Source: Escherichia phage vB_EcoM_G2494 | Reading direction: 5' to 3' (one strand) | Sequence record: MK327935.1 | DNA: 64,000 nucleotides | Notes under the pieces: model-generated | Database searches by the model: none | What the model was told of the DNA's origin: nothing | What the model saw: the letters and a program-made list of their open reading frames with translations, nothing else | Made by a program: the position numbers and the translations under genes | Shown here: piece after piece, positions 26,932 to 34,556 of the stretch | How the letters are laid out: each line of letters starts with the position of its first letter | How positions within the stretch are numbered: the stretch's first letter is position 1

Positions 26932-27252
26932 TTAGTCCTCACTTATAAGGTCAAACCAATTGTTTTTCGCATAATGCTTAATGCGTGCTTGATCTGCTTC
27001 CGCTGGTGATAGATTCCATGCGATCACTACAACTTCTGACGCATCGTCATCCGTTTCTGATATCCAATGATTGTGATTCATACAGTTATTTGCTATCGCG
27101 TGAGCAAATGATCTCATTACTGGAGACGTATAATCATAGTAACGGATTTTCAGATTTTCATCAACGTACAAATAGATCGTATAAGGTTTATATTCAGTAA
27201 CCAGTAACAGACAGTTACGCAATTCTGGGAAAATCTTTTTAGTTAATTTCAT
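26932..27252 (-). CDS. HxHxW-motif paralog family member C (106 aa)
   Basis: YLYVDENLKIRY ... NHNHW ... VVVIAW. Confidence 0.5.
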   Translation of the reverse strand: MKLTKKIFPELRNCLLLVTEYKPYTIYLYVDENLKIRYYDYTSPVMRSFAHAIANNCMNHNHWISETDDDASEVVVIAWNLSPAEADQARIKHYAKNNWFDLISED

Positions 27253-27454
27253 AGTCTATTTCTCCGTAATACACGGTAATCCATTTTTCTTCATACTTTG
27301 TATCTTTCCAACACACAATCCCGTTTACTGTGCAATCTTTGGAATTGACGAATGATTCATATTGTTCTGCGTCTTCCATCATTGCATGAGCGGTCTTTTC
27401 ATCGAATATATCGCAGATCGCTTTATATGCTCAATAATCTTTAAATTTGCTCAT
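27239..27454 (-). pseudogene. paralog of 27457-27666 with in-frame TGA at codon 8 (27431-27433)
   Basis: Identical first 7 codons (MSKFKDY), then TGA, then 63 further open codons; no alternative start with SD. Confidence 0.45.
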
Positions 27455-27456
27455 AA

Positions 27457-27666
27457 TTAAGACCACTCAAGAGTTTTTGAAAACACATCTATCCATTGTT
27501 GAGTATATGCGGTTTCTTTCCATGATACAATACCAGTAGAATAATGGTTTTTGTTTCCAGAAAAGGACGGGCATTTTGATGCGTCTTCCATCATCTTTTC
27601 GGCGAACTCTGGTTCGTATACTCGCAAGATCTGTTGATATGCTTTGTAGTCTTTAAATTTGCTCAT
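27457..27666 (-). CDS. hypothetical protein (69 aa)
   Basis: ATG start; intact paralog of 27239-27454. Confidence 0.5.
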   Translation of the reverse strand: MSKFKDYKAYQQILRVYEPEFAEKMMEDASKCPSFSGNKNHYSTGIVSWKETAYTQQWIDVFSKTLEWS

Positions 27667-27931
27667 AATCGTTAACTACCTTATCAGCTTCTTTTATTGT
27701 TTTTACATCAACTGCGATAACCCGTAAAGGTTCGTCATGGTTCCACCAATGATCGTGAATATCGGCTTGTGATTTATCACCAAAGGAATCACGAATATCA
27801 TTTTTACATTTATAGCTAATGTGACCTTCATAGTCAACATAAAGGTAATTATCGAAAATCGGCGTTTTTAAGATCATACCGAAAAATCTTTCTTTGTGTG
27901 TCTTATCCAGTGTTGCAGTAATTCGCATCAT
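27653..27931 (-). CDS. HxHxW-motif paralog family member D (92 aa)
   Basis: YLYVDYEGHISY ... HDHWW ... VIAVDV; AAGAGGAA SD. Confidence 0.5.
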   Translation of the reverse strand: MMRITATLDKTHKERFFGMILKTPIFDNYLYVDYEGHISYKCKNDIRDSFGDKSQADIHDHWWNHDEPLRVIAVDVKTIKEADKVVNDYEQI

Positions 27932-27943
27932 AATATATTCCTC

Positions 27944-28123
27944 TTAGAAAGGGATGGTCATTTCTTGAGCTTGTACATTCTCGTTAGGATTAAACTTCAT
28001 CCAACCGATATTGTCTACCAGCATATGCACATTTTTATCATATCCTACGTGAGTAGTCAACACTAAATGTGATTTACCTTCAACGATGATTTCCATGTAC
28101 TTCTGAACTTCGATAGCTTTCAT
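27944..28123 (-). CDS. small hypothetical protein (59 aa)
   Basis: Hand-translated; ATG behind GGAGAATCAAA; below ORF-track size cutoff. Confidence 0.4.
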   Translation of the reverse strand: MKAIEVQKYMEIIVEGKSHLVLTTHVGYDKNVHMLVDNIGWMKFNPNENVQAQEMTIPF

Positions 28124-28155
28124 TTTGATTCTCCGTTTGTTGTCTTGATGGGAGT

Positions 28156-28184
28156 ATCTTACTACTCCCTTTAATCATTGTCAA
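28156..28184 (-). promoter_or_regulatory. putative early promoter (TTGACA-17-TAAGAT) with stem-loop
   Basis: GGGAGTAGTAAGATACTCCC hairpin overlaps the -10. Confidence 0.4.
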
Positions 28185-28187
28185 CGA

Positions 28188-28355
28188 TTATTTGTTAATT
28201 TCCGGTGCGTTGCTTGGATAGTAGCCTTCTTTAACACCCAGATATTTTGCAACCATTCCGGTGATCTTCTGTGCTACTACGATATCGAATTTCAGGTAGT
28301 CTTCACCGTGGTTTGCTACAATGTATGCTTCGCATTCTGCTTTAGTCTGGAACAT
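28188..28355 (-). CDS. small protein (55 aa), duplicate copy B
   Basis: MFQTKAECEAY ...; ATG behind AGGAGAATCAAAA; ORF-track N-terminal extension is the promoter region. Confidence 0.55.
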   Translation of the reverse strand: MFQTKAECEAYIVANHGEDYLKFDIVVAQKITGMVAKYLGVKEGYYPSNAPEINK

Positions 28356-28389
28356 TTTTGATTCTCCTATATCTCGTTGGTATGTGTGT

Positions 28390-28418
28390 AGTATAGGGGA
28401 TCGGTGATCCCCTGTCAA
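28390..28418 (-). promoter_or_regulatory. early promoter TTGACA-17-TATACT with palindromic spacer GGGGATCACCGATCCCC
   Basis: Read on minus strand. Confidence 0.6.
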
Positions 28419-28428
28419 CAACTTTTTT

Positions 28429-28737
28429 TTATTCTTCATCTTCATCATTATCTTTATATGCGTACTTCATAAATTTGTCTGCTACTTCGTCCGCGTTTTC
28501 AGGTTCTACGTCTGACGCTAGGACAACAGCTAGTTCGGTTTTGTCGTTTCCATCATACCAATGATTATGAGTGTCGTTTTCTTCGATATAAAACGAATCA
28601 GTTGGAGTTGTGCGACAATATACGTCTAAATTCCCATCGATATAAAAGATCCAATCCGAATACAAAATGATTGTTTTAGCAAGATTTTTATTGTCTCTCA
28701 CAAAAGGTTCTGAGACAAATAGCTTAGTTTGTTCCAT
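28429..28737 (-). CDS. HxHxW-motif paralog family member E (acidic C-terminus)
   Basis: DWIFYIDGNLDVY ... THNHW ... LAVVLA; ATG at 28737 with GAGGA SD (ORF-track start is GTG). Confidence 0.5.
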   Translation of the reverse strand: MEQTKLFVSEPFVRDNKNLAKTIILYSDWIFYIDGNLDVYCRTTPTDSFYIEENDTHNHWYDGNDKTELAVVLASDVEPENADEVADKFMKYAYKDNDEDEE

Positions 28738-28753
28738 AACATTTTCCTCAAAA

Positions 28754-28945
28754 TTATACAGCTTCGTAAACTTCCCAATGTCCAGCGCCAACACGCTTAA
28801 CGAAAAGGTTTTCTTTGATGTTATTCATAAACGTCTGGATGGATTTAATGCGGTTTGAAGGTTTCCAGTCTTCGTTGGAATTGCGTCGATACATCATAAC
28901 ATTACCAGTTCGCTTATATTCAGCAACCATTTTAAGACCATACAT
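28754..28945 (-). CDS. hypothetical protein (63 aa)
   Basis: ATG start downstream of promoter 28994-29022. Confidence 0.45.
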   Translation of the reverse strand: MYGLKMVAEYKRTGNVMMYRRNSNEDWKPSNRIKSIQTFMNNIKENLFVKRVGAGHWEVYEAV

Positions 28946-28993
28946 AATATTATCATCAATTTGTGGGAGAGTATTACCCTCCCGATTATTGTT

Positions 28994-29022
28994 ATACTAC
29001 ATTACGCAAAATGGCGTGTCAA
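28994..29022 (-). promoter_or_regulatory. early promoter TTGACA-17-TAGTAT embedded in 3' end of upstream gene
   Basis: Read on minus strand; followed by GGGAG ... CTCCC hairpin. Confidence 0.45.
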
Positions 29023-29305
29023 TACTTCTTTTTGCTGTTCCGCTAAGATTCTCGATCTCTCCTGGCATAACATCAACCGCCAGAACTTCTACAACATCCT
29101 CTGATCCTAACCAGTGAGTATGACCTTTGTAGAACTTGATATCCCATTTATCGCTATCGCTAGCCCACCACACATCACCGTCTATAAAGTTGATGTAAAG
29201 CACACTACGACACATTGAATTAGTTACTTTCAATACTGCGCCTTTCATCTCTTCCACGGTATGGTCTTCCATTTTGAAGACCTCGCCTACCTTAACTTTT
29301 GCCAT
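28997..29305 (-). CDS. HxHxW-motif paralog family member F
   Basis: VLYINFIDGDVWW ... GHTHW ... VLAVDV; ATG at 29305 chosen by alignment with paralogs, weak SD. Confidence 0.45.
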   Translation of the reverse strand: MAKVKVGEVFKMEDHTVEEMKGAVLKVTNSMCRSVLYINFIDGDVWWASDSDKWDIKFYKGHTHWLGSEDVVEVLAVDVMPGEIENLSGTAKRSIDTPFCVM

Positions 29306-29306
29306 G

Positions 29307-29573
29307 TTACATGTTCCGAATATGTTTAGATGCATCTTCCAGTTCGTCGATAGTGACACTGTGAGCCAGTAAGTGTACTGGTTGTGGTTCTTCACCTTCC
29401 ATAGTATTGATCAGATGACCGTTTCCTGGGTGGAATGTATCGTTGCCGTTCCAAATAGCATACACATCATCTTCTGTTACGTAGATAATAAGTCCAATCG
29501 GTGATTCTGGTAATTGAAAAATTTTACCCACTGCATCTTTGCGATTGTCTACGATATCTTTGACTGTCTTCAT
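29307..29573 (-). CDS. divergent member G of HxHxW paralog family (88 aa)
   Basis: LIIYVTEDDVYAIW ... HPGNGH ... VHLLAHSV; AGAGAGG SD. Confidence 0.45.
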   Translation of the reverse strand: MKTVKDIVDNRKDAVGKIFQLPESPIGLIIYVTEDDVYAIWNGNDTFHPGNGHLINTMEGEEPQPVHLLAHSVTIDELEDASKHIRNM

Positions 29574-29592
29574 TTAGTTACCTCTCTTTAAA

Positions 29593-29772
29593 TTACATCA
29601 CAATCACGCCAGCCGTAGAAAGTTGATGTTTCAACTGAGCATTTTCTGCTACTGTCAAATCAATAATTTCTTGTGACGCTGCAATCATATAGCCATTGGT
29701 GATATTGTTTTGCATCAGTTCAATGGTTTCTTCGTTGTAGCGGATTTTAGCGATGATTTCGTTGAAGTTCAT
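29593..29772 (-). CDS. small hypothetical protein (59 aa)
   Basis: Hand-translated; ATG behind AGGAGAATCAATT. Confidence 0.4.
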   Translation of the reverse strand: MNFNEIIAKIRYNEETIELMQNNITNGYMIAASQEIIDLTVAENAQLKHQLSTAGVIVM

Positions 29773-29806
29773 AATTGATTCTCCTAGTTCGTTTCGGTAT
29801 GTGTGT

Positions 29807-29836
29807 ATTATAGGGGAGTTTAACCTCCCCTGTCAA
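29807..29836 (-). promoter_or_regulatory. early promoter (TTGACA-18-TATAAT) with palindromic spacer GGGGAGGTTAAACTCCCC
   Basis: Read on minus strand. Confidence 0.55.
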
Positions 29837-29844
29837 CAACTTTT

Positions 29845-30156
29845 TTAAAGTTTTTCCATGATAACGGTCATAATTACATCTTCTGCGCGAGCGGTCAGAT
29901 TATCAGCGTCAGCATGTGGGCGGTTGGTTGTTACAGAGATAACACCGTTGCGCACTGGTTTGATATTGATATCAAGATGATCCGCGAAACGTTCGCCAGT
30001 TACAGAATGAATTTTGGTGTTAAATTCTTTTGCCAGTGCCTTGCGAACTTCACGAATCAGGATAGCGTTTTTCAGTTGGTTCTCCGCGCTCATGGTCTTC
30101 TGGGTGTTCATGGTTCCGTCGAAGTCAATCATTGGCAGCGTTACGATGTATTTCAT
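29845..30156 (-). CDS. hypothetical protein, KEFN-motif paralog 2 (103 aa)
   Basis: REVRKALAKEFNTK; paralog of 26280-26567. Confidence 0.5.
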   Translation of the reverse strand: MKYIVTLPMIDFDGTMNTQKTMSAENQLKNAILIREVRKALAKEFNTKIHSVTGERFADHLDINIKPVRNGVISVTTNRPHADADNLTARAEDVIMTVIMEKL

Positions 30157-30201
30157 TTTTGATTCTCCGTTTAAGAAAGTGTGTTTCGTTTTGATGTGTG
30201 T

Positions 30202-30230
30202 AGTATAGGGGATACGTGATCCCCTGTCAA
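30202..30230 (-). promoter_or_regulatory. early promoter TTGACA-17-TATACT with palindromic spacer GGGGATCACGTATCCCC
   Basis: Read on minus strand. Confidence 0.6.
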
Positions 30231-30323
30231 CAACTTTTTTGAATTATTTTTTCATGAGCTTAATGGCTTCTTCCATAGCCAGCACATTTCGATAGTTAGG
30301 GTATCGTGTTAGATCGTCATACA

Positions 30324-30355
30324 TTCGCTTAAGGGTGGATTCGCTTAAGGGTGGA
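30324..30355. repeat. perfect 16-bp tandem duplication (ttcgcttaagggtgga x2)
   Basis: Direct reading; sits at the 3' end of CDS 30329-30589 and shifts its frame. Confidence 0.9.
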
Positions 30356-30589
30356 AACTTCCTCAAACTCTGGGTTTTCTAGATACAGTTGAACAAATTG
30401 TTTCTCTACCATCTCGGCTTTTAGCTTGTCTGCTTGTTCCTGTTCATATGATTTAGTTGGACCCAACACCAACAAAATGATAAAGGTGATCAACGATAGG
30501 AGAACATAACCGATAACGCTACGGTTTAAACGGCTTGCGTACATGCCTACCAGGAAAACAAAAAGGATATAGATAAACAGAAAGAACAT
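30329..30589 (-). CDS. small membrane protein, C-terminally truncated by 16-bp duplication
   Basis: Two hydrophobic helices; without the duplication the frame would run 25 codons further and stop at about 30244-30246, directly at the next promoter UP element. Confidence 0.5.
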   Translation of the reverse strand: MFFLFIYILFVFLVGMYASRLNRSVIGYVLLSLITFIILLVLGPTKSYEQEQADKLKAEMVEKQFVQLYLENPEFEEVSTLKRIHP

Positions 30590-30596
30590 ATAATGG

Positions 30597-31070
30597 TTAC
30601 TCCTTATTTTCGCGCTCGTACTTTTCGAAATAAAATTCTACTGGCTGGTCGTGGATTGACAGTAAGCCAAAGCGTTTAGCCGCTCGCAATCCCATATTGC
30701 GCTGAATGTACTTCTGGAAGTTCTCGCGTATACACTTACGCCAGTATTCTAAGCCCATACAGCTTTTGTAAAGATTGCATTGCACACAAGCCGGATTCAT
30801 ATTATCAAGTATATCGTGCTCCGGTTTATGCATTCCTACAACCTTATACTTCCACGATCCATCATCATTACGGGCAATTCGTCCATTTTCATCATAGACT
30901 ACCTTTGAGCGTCGCAATACTGGTTTGATGTGGTCTGCGTGCCATCGGTCCCCTAGTTCCTCGCCACAATAGGCACAACGCCCACCGTATTTCATTTTCA
31001 GGATCTGGCGTTGCTCTTTCTTTGACAATTTTTTAGGTTTAGGGGCTTTCGCCCCTTCATTATCACACAT
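30597..31070 (-). CDS. free-standing HNH endonuclease (157 aa)
   Basis: CAYCG ... HADHIKP ... CVQCN HNH/zinc motifs. Confidence 0.65.
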   Translation of the reverse strand: MCDNEGAKAPKPKKLSKKEQRQILKMKYGGRCAYCGEELGDRWHADHIKPVLRRSKVVYDENGRIARNDDGSWKYKVVGMHKPEHDILDNMNPACVQCNLYKSCMGLEYWRKCIRENFQKYIQRNMGLRAAKRFGLLSIHDQPVEFYFEKYERENKE

Positions 31071-32559
31071 CGAATACCTCTTTTACTGTATTTGCAGTGG
31101 TCTTGTCGTAGCGAATACGTTTGATGATCGGGAGAAATAAAGAGAACTCCGGTTCATCTTCTTTACGTGATTTGCTGCGGATATACCCGTTGCATGTCAT
31201 CTCAATGACTTTTCCAATCAGGTTATGACGGTCAGCCCATAACATTTCTCGGTCGAGTTCATTTCGACGATCGAACGGAATTACACGTTCAGTACCATCA
31301 TCACCTTTTTCGGTTGTAGTGTCGGTTAATCCCGATCCGGTGTTAGTCATCATTCGTCCGCACGCACTACGGACAGTAAAACCGCCTACCTTATTGGGGT
31401 CTTTACTATGCGGATATGCATCAACAATTTCCGCGTCGAAGTCAATCACTTCTTTAAATTTAACCTGATCTTTACTACGGCGATCTTCAAATACACCATG
31501 TAAATTTTTAAGGATAATACCTTCTAAGCCCATGTTTACATAGCGATGATATACTTCGCGAGCTTCATCGATATTGTTAACTACAGTGTTTTCGATTATC
31601 TGAACACGAGGATCGTTAAGTTCTTCAACAATCTGTTTTAGTTCTTCGAATCGATCTTTATATTGCTTCGTTGCTTTCTCGTTTCCGTAATACACATCAC
31701 GGTCGATAACATCCCAGACAGTGTAAACAATACATTGGGCTTCTTCTTTTGGAATAGTTCCTTTAAGTGATTTGTTGAGGATACCATTTCCGGTCTGACG
31801 ATCTGCAACAACGGATTCTTTCACTGCTTCCGCTACTGGCGTTAATGGCATTTCCTCTTCTTCAAATATCCATGACAGAGTACCATCATAAACGCTTTCA
31901 ACGAAGTTCTGCGCTGGTGTTTGCGAAAGGGTAGGCATATATACCAATTCGCCATCTAGAACAATTCCACGGCCTCGTAGACGCTCTAAAACCGCAAACA
32001 AATCATCAAGTCCTTGATAGGTATTACCTGAGCGGGTATAGATTGCTAATGTTTCCCCGTCAATATCAGCCATACCACGAGCGCCATCGCTTTTAAGTTG
32101 TGCATACGCCGGATACTTGATATTAGCAATAGTCTTATCAGAACATGACGATGCAAGGTGGCACGGCTGCTGGGGGATCAGTTTCTTCCATACCTTGTTT
32201 GCAGTGGTAGCGGAACAACCGCATTCCAGGTCACGATTCAGGACCATCATTGCAACTTTAGCATCATCTTCTGACAAGCAAGTCAGAGTATCGGTAACTA
32301 GCTGTAATGCTGCATTACCAGTTACTTGACGCGTGGCAAGTTTATTTTTAAAGACCTGCAATGCACCGGATAAAGACAATACAGACGAATAACGCGATGG
32401 TTTATCGTATTTCTTTACGCCAAACGTAACCTGTTTGCAATATGCCAGATAAAAGCATTCTTTCAGCGTTTCATTGCTCGCGGATTCTTTCAGAATCTTT
32501 TCTTTCAGCGATGTTTTGTCTGTTGTTGCAAGCTGATTAATGATATTAAGAATTGACAT
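31063..32559 (-). CDS. 30: ATP-dependent DNA ligase gp30
   Basis: KSDGAR adenylation motif (QLKSDGARG), collinear similarity to T4 ligase; ATG at 32559 with GAGGTG SD (track start GTG at 32565). Confidence 0.9.
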   Translation of the reverse strand: MSILNIINQLATTDKTSLKEKILKESASNETLKECFYLAYCKQVTFGVKKYDKPSRYSSVLSLSGALQVFKNKLATRQVTGNAALQLVTDTLTCLSEDDAKVAMMVLNRDLECGCSATTANKVWKKLIPQQPCHLASSCSDKTIANIKYPAYAQLKSDGARGMADIDGETLAIYTRSGNTYQGLDDLFAVLERLRGRGIVLDGELVYMPTLSQTPAQNFVESVYDGTLSWIFEEEEMPLTPVAEAVKESVVADRQTGNGILNKSLKGTIPKEEAQCIVYTVWDVIDRDVYYGNEKATKQYKDRFEELKQIVEELNDPRVQIIENTVVNNIDEAREVYHRYVNMGLEGIILKNLHGVFEDRRSKDQVKFKEVIDFDAEIVDAYPHSKDPNKVGGFTVRSACGRMMTNTGSGLTDTTTEKGDDGTERVIPFDRRNELDREMLWADRHNLIGKVIEMTCNGYIRSKSRKEDEPEFSLFLPIIKRIRYDKTTANTVKEVFDV

Positions 32560-33025
32560 TTTCACCTCGTTTTGTTAAACGTTCACGAATATCATTGAGG
32601 ATACTACAAAATTCCGATTCAGTCAATATAGTCTTTAACGGATCTGTTCCACCTATACTATGACGCAATTTCTTATTTCCTGTAGCGAGTAATGCTTTAC
32701 AAAATTCTGGGTTATTCCGTGCCATCGTAACAAATGCCAGATGTACCAGTCTGTAATAATGCTCACTCATTCGATGAATCGGGCGACCCTGAAAATATAA
32801 CATGTGATTCTCAGTCTTTTCAGTTCTTCCGGTTCTTTTTGCTTTGCCACCGTGCATCAAAAAGATTTCTCTTTGTCTCTGAGGGTTCTTAAATCTTAGC
32901 CCCTGTAAAAATCCTTCTGTGCTGTTAATATCGCAACCAAATAGACGGAATGGTCTTTTATTGAAGTTACTCAATTCACCAGATGGATAAGGTCCACCCG
33001 CATAGATATCAATTTCAGAAGTCAT
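32546..33025 (-). CDS. NADAR (YbiA/DUF1768)-like protein (159 aa)
   Basis: GELSNF ... INSTEGFLQGLRF ... CKALLATGNKKL resembles YbiA FSNF ... TSEHYFQAQKF ... LRALLLAT pattern. Confidence 0.5.
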   Translation of the reverse strand: MTSEIDIYAGGPYPSGELSNFNKRPFRLFGCDINSTEGFLQGLRFKNPQRQREIFLMHGGKAKRTGRTEKTENHMLYFQGRPIHRMSEHYYRLVHLAFVTMARNNPEFCKALLATGNKKLRHSIGGTDPLKTILTESEFCSILNDIRERLTKRGENVNS

Positions 33026-33179
33026 TGAAACTAATCTCGCTAATCAGAGAGAACGGATCATAATCGTCATTAGGAATATCGATAGTAATCGAATGAGGAT
33101 TTACCCATACACCAAAGTGGTCTTCTTCGGTGAATACTTCGGTATGGATTTCGTGGATGTTTACATTCATAGTTTTCAT
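33015..33179 (-). CDS. small hypothetical protein (54 aa)
   Basis: Hand-translated; AAGGAA SD. Confidence 0.35.
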   Translation of the reverse strand: MKTMNVNIHEIHTEVFTEEDHFGVWVNPHSITIDIPNDDYDPFSLISEISFNDF

Positions 33180-33261
33180 AATAAAATTCCTTAATAATCA
33201 ATAACTTACAAAATCATATAGCCAAAATATAGGCGGGATTATTTCCCGCCGTTTAAAATCA

Positions 33262-33585
33262 TTAACCGTAAACTACCACAATATTCTGTTTGTGCGTTAC
33301 AGTCCATTTCAGGTCGATCTCTTCTTCCTTCTTAACGCCGTTAATAACGTCTGGATGAGGAACTTTATTAAGTTTCCCATGAGGAAGCAATACAGTCTTG
33401 CCCAGCAATTCTTTATCAACGTTATCACCGATATCAATAATCTTACCGACTAAAGGAATCTCTCCCATAGTTCGTTTTTGCTCGATGATAATACCAAAAT
33501 CGCTCTTTACTTCGGTCCCTGCGCTTTCCGCTTTAGCTTCAATGATCACATAGTCACCAAGTGCTTTAGGAGTTTTAACGGTCAT
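33262..33585 (-). CDS. 31: co-chaperonin gp31 (GroES-like)
   Basis: 107 aa, GroES-like sequence, position after gene 30 as in T4. Confidence 0.8.
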   Translation of the reverse strand: MTVKTPKALGDYVIIEAKAESAGTEVKSDFGIIIEQKRTMGEIPLVGKIIDIGDNVDKELLGKTVLLPHGKLNKVPHPDVINGVKKEEEIDLKWTVTHKQNIVVVYG

Positions 33586-33621
33586 AATTTTCTTACCTCT
33601 TCAATTCATCTCAATAGTAAA

Positions 33622-34233
33622 TTATTTATATTTCGCGACCTTTGGATTTCGCCGCAGACCGGAATGTATTTGCGCTATACAACAATAAGAAACATTAAAC
33701 ATATCAGCTATAATTTGCTTCTTAACTTTTCCTTTAAGCCGCATTATTTCTTCGACTTGCGCATTTGTCAGTTTTGCCCGTGAGTGGTTTTCACCGACAT
33801 TGTTATTGAGTCCAGTTCTAAATGAATGTCTCATATTTTCTAGTAAGGTTACTATTTCTAGATTCCACACATAATTGCAGGTTTTTACACCATTGATGTG
33901 ATTAACCTCAAGTCCGGTAACGTCTCCTAGAAATGCATTTGCTACAAGTCGATGTATCTTTTCGGCTTTAACTGAGATTTTACCATTGTCGTTTTGTTTT
34001 GACAATGTTGAATAATAATATCCATATCGGTCTAAAATTGGTTTTATTATTTTACCAGCACGTTTTTGCTTTACGAGCTTAATATTACCGGGAGAAACTT
34101 CTCTATAAAATTCGATACTTCGGTCAATAGATCTCAATCTACCATAATTAGAGATTTCATACCACGGATAACCTACAGCTTGTCTCCATTCTTCCGGCGC
34201 TGGTAATATGATATTATCATCTTTTGTTTCCAT
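33622..34233 (-). CDS. HNH homing endonuclease with NUMOD4-like N-terminal motif
   Basis: EWRQAVGYPWYEISNYGRLRS and HRLVANAF ... VNHINGV ... NLE; ATG at 34233 (track start TTG). Confidence 0.7.
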   Translation of the reverse strand: METKDDNIILPAPEEWRQAVGYPWYEISNYGRLRSIDRSIEFYREVSPGNIKLVKQKRAGKIIKPILDRYGYYYSTLSKQNDNGKISVKAEKIHRLVANAFLGDVTGLEVNHINGVKTCNYVWNLEIVTLLENMRHSFRTGLNNNVGENHSRAKLTNAQVEEIMRLKGKVKKQIIADMFNVSYCCIAQIHSGLRRNPKVAKYK

Positions 34234-34235
34234 TG

Positions 34236-34556
34236 TCAACTGCCACCATGAATTTCGACGATCTGCGCTGGTGTTAAACCGTCTACATTAATCAGACTAT
34301 CAAGCCCAAAACTACAGAAACCTTCAACTGCAATTTCATATACTGGCAAAGATGTTTCTGATTCTTTACGCGGTTTTTCAACATTAGGAACTAACCACTT
34401 TTCGTATGTTTCGAAAGGCATCAGTGCCGGATCTCGCGTGGCGATCATCTCACGGACAGTACCATCTTTCTTAGTAAACTGCAAAGAGTGAGTACCGACC
34501 GAAAACATTTTCTTTAGTGCTTCACGAAGTGCGATATTATCAACTTGTTCAGTCAT
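34236..34556 (-). CDS. hypothetical protein (106 aa)
   Basis: ATG at 34556 (track start TTG). Confidence 0.5.
   Translation of the reverse strand: MTEQVDNIALREALKKMFSVGTHSLQFTKKDGTVREMIATRDPALMPFETYEKWLVPNVEKPRKESETSLPVYEIAVEGFCSFGLDSLINVDGLTPAQIVEIHGGS

Noticed and set aside
21972-30230. Regularly spaced GC-rich palindromes as a possible CRISPR array
   Set aside because: Repeats are not identical, the intervening units are 0.2-0.5 kb protein-coding genes, and each repeat has clear -35/-10 promoter architecture.
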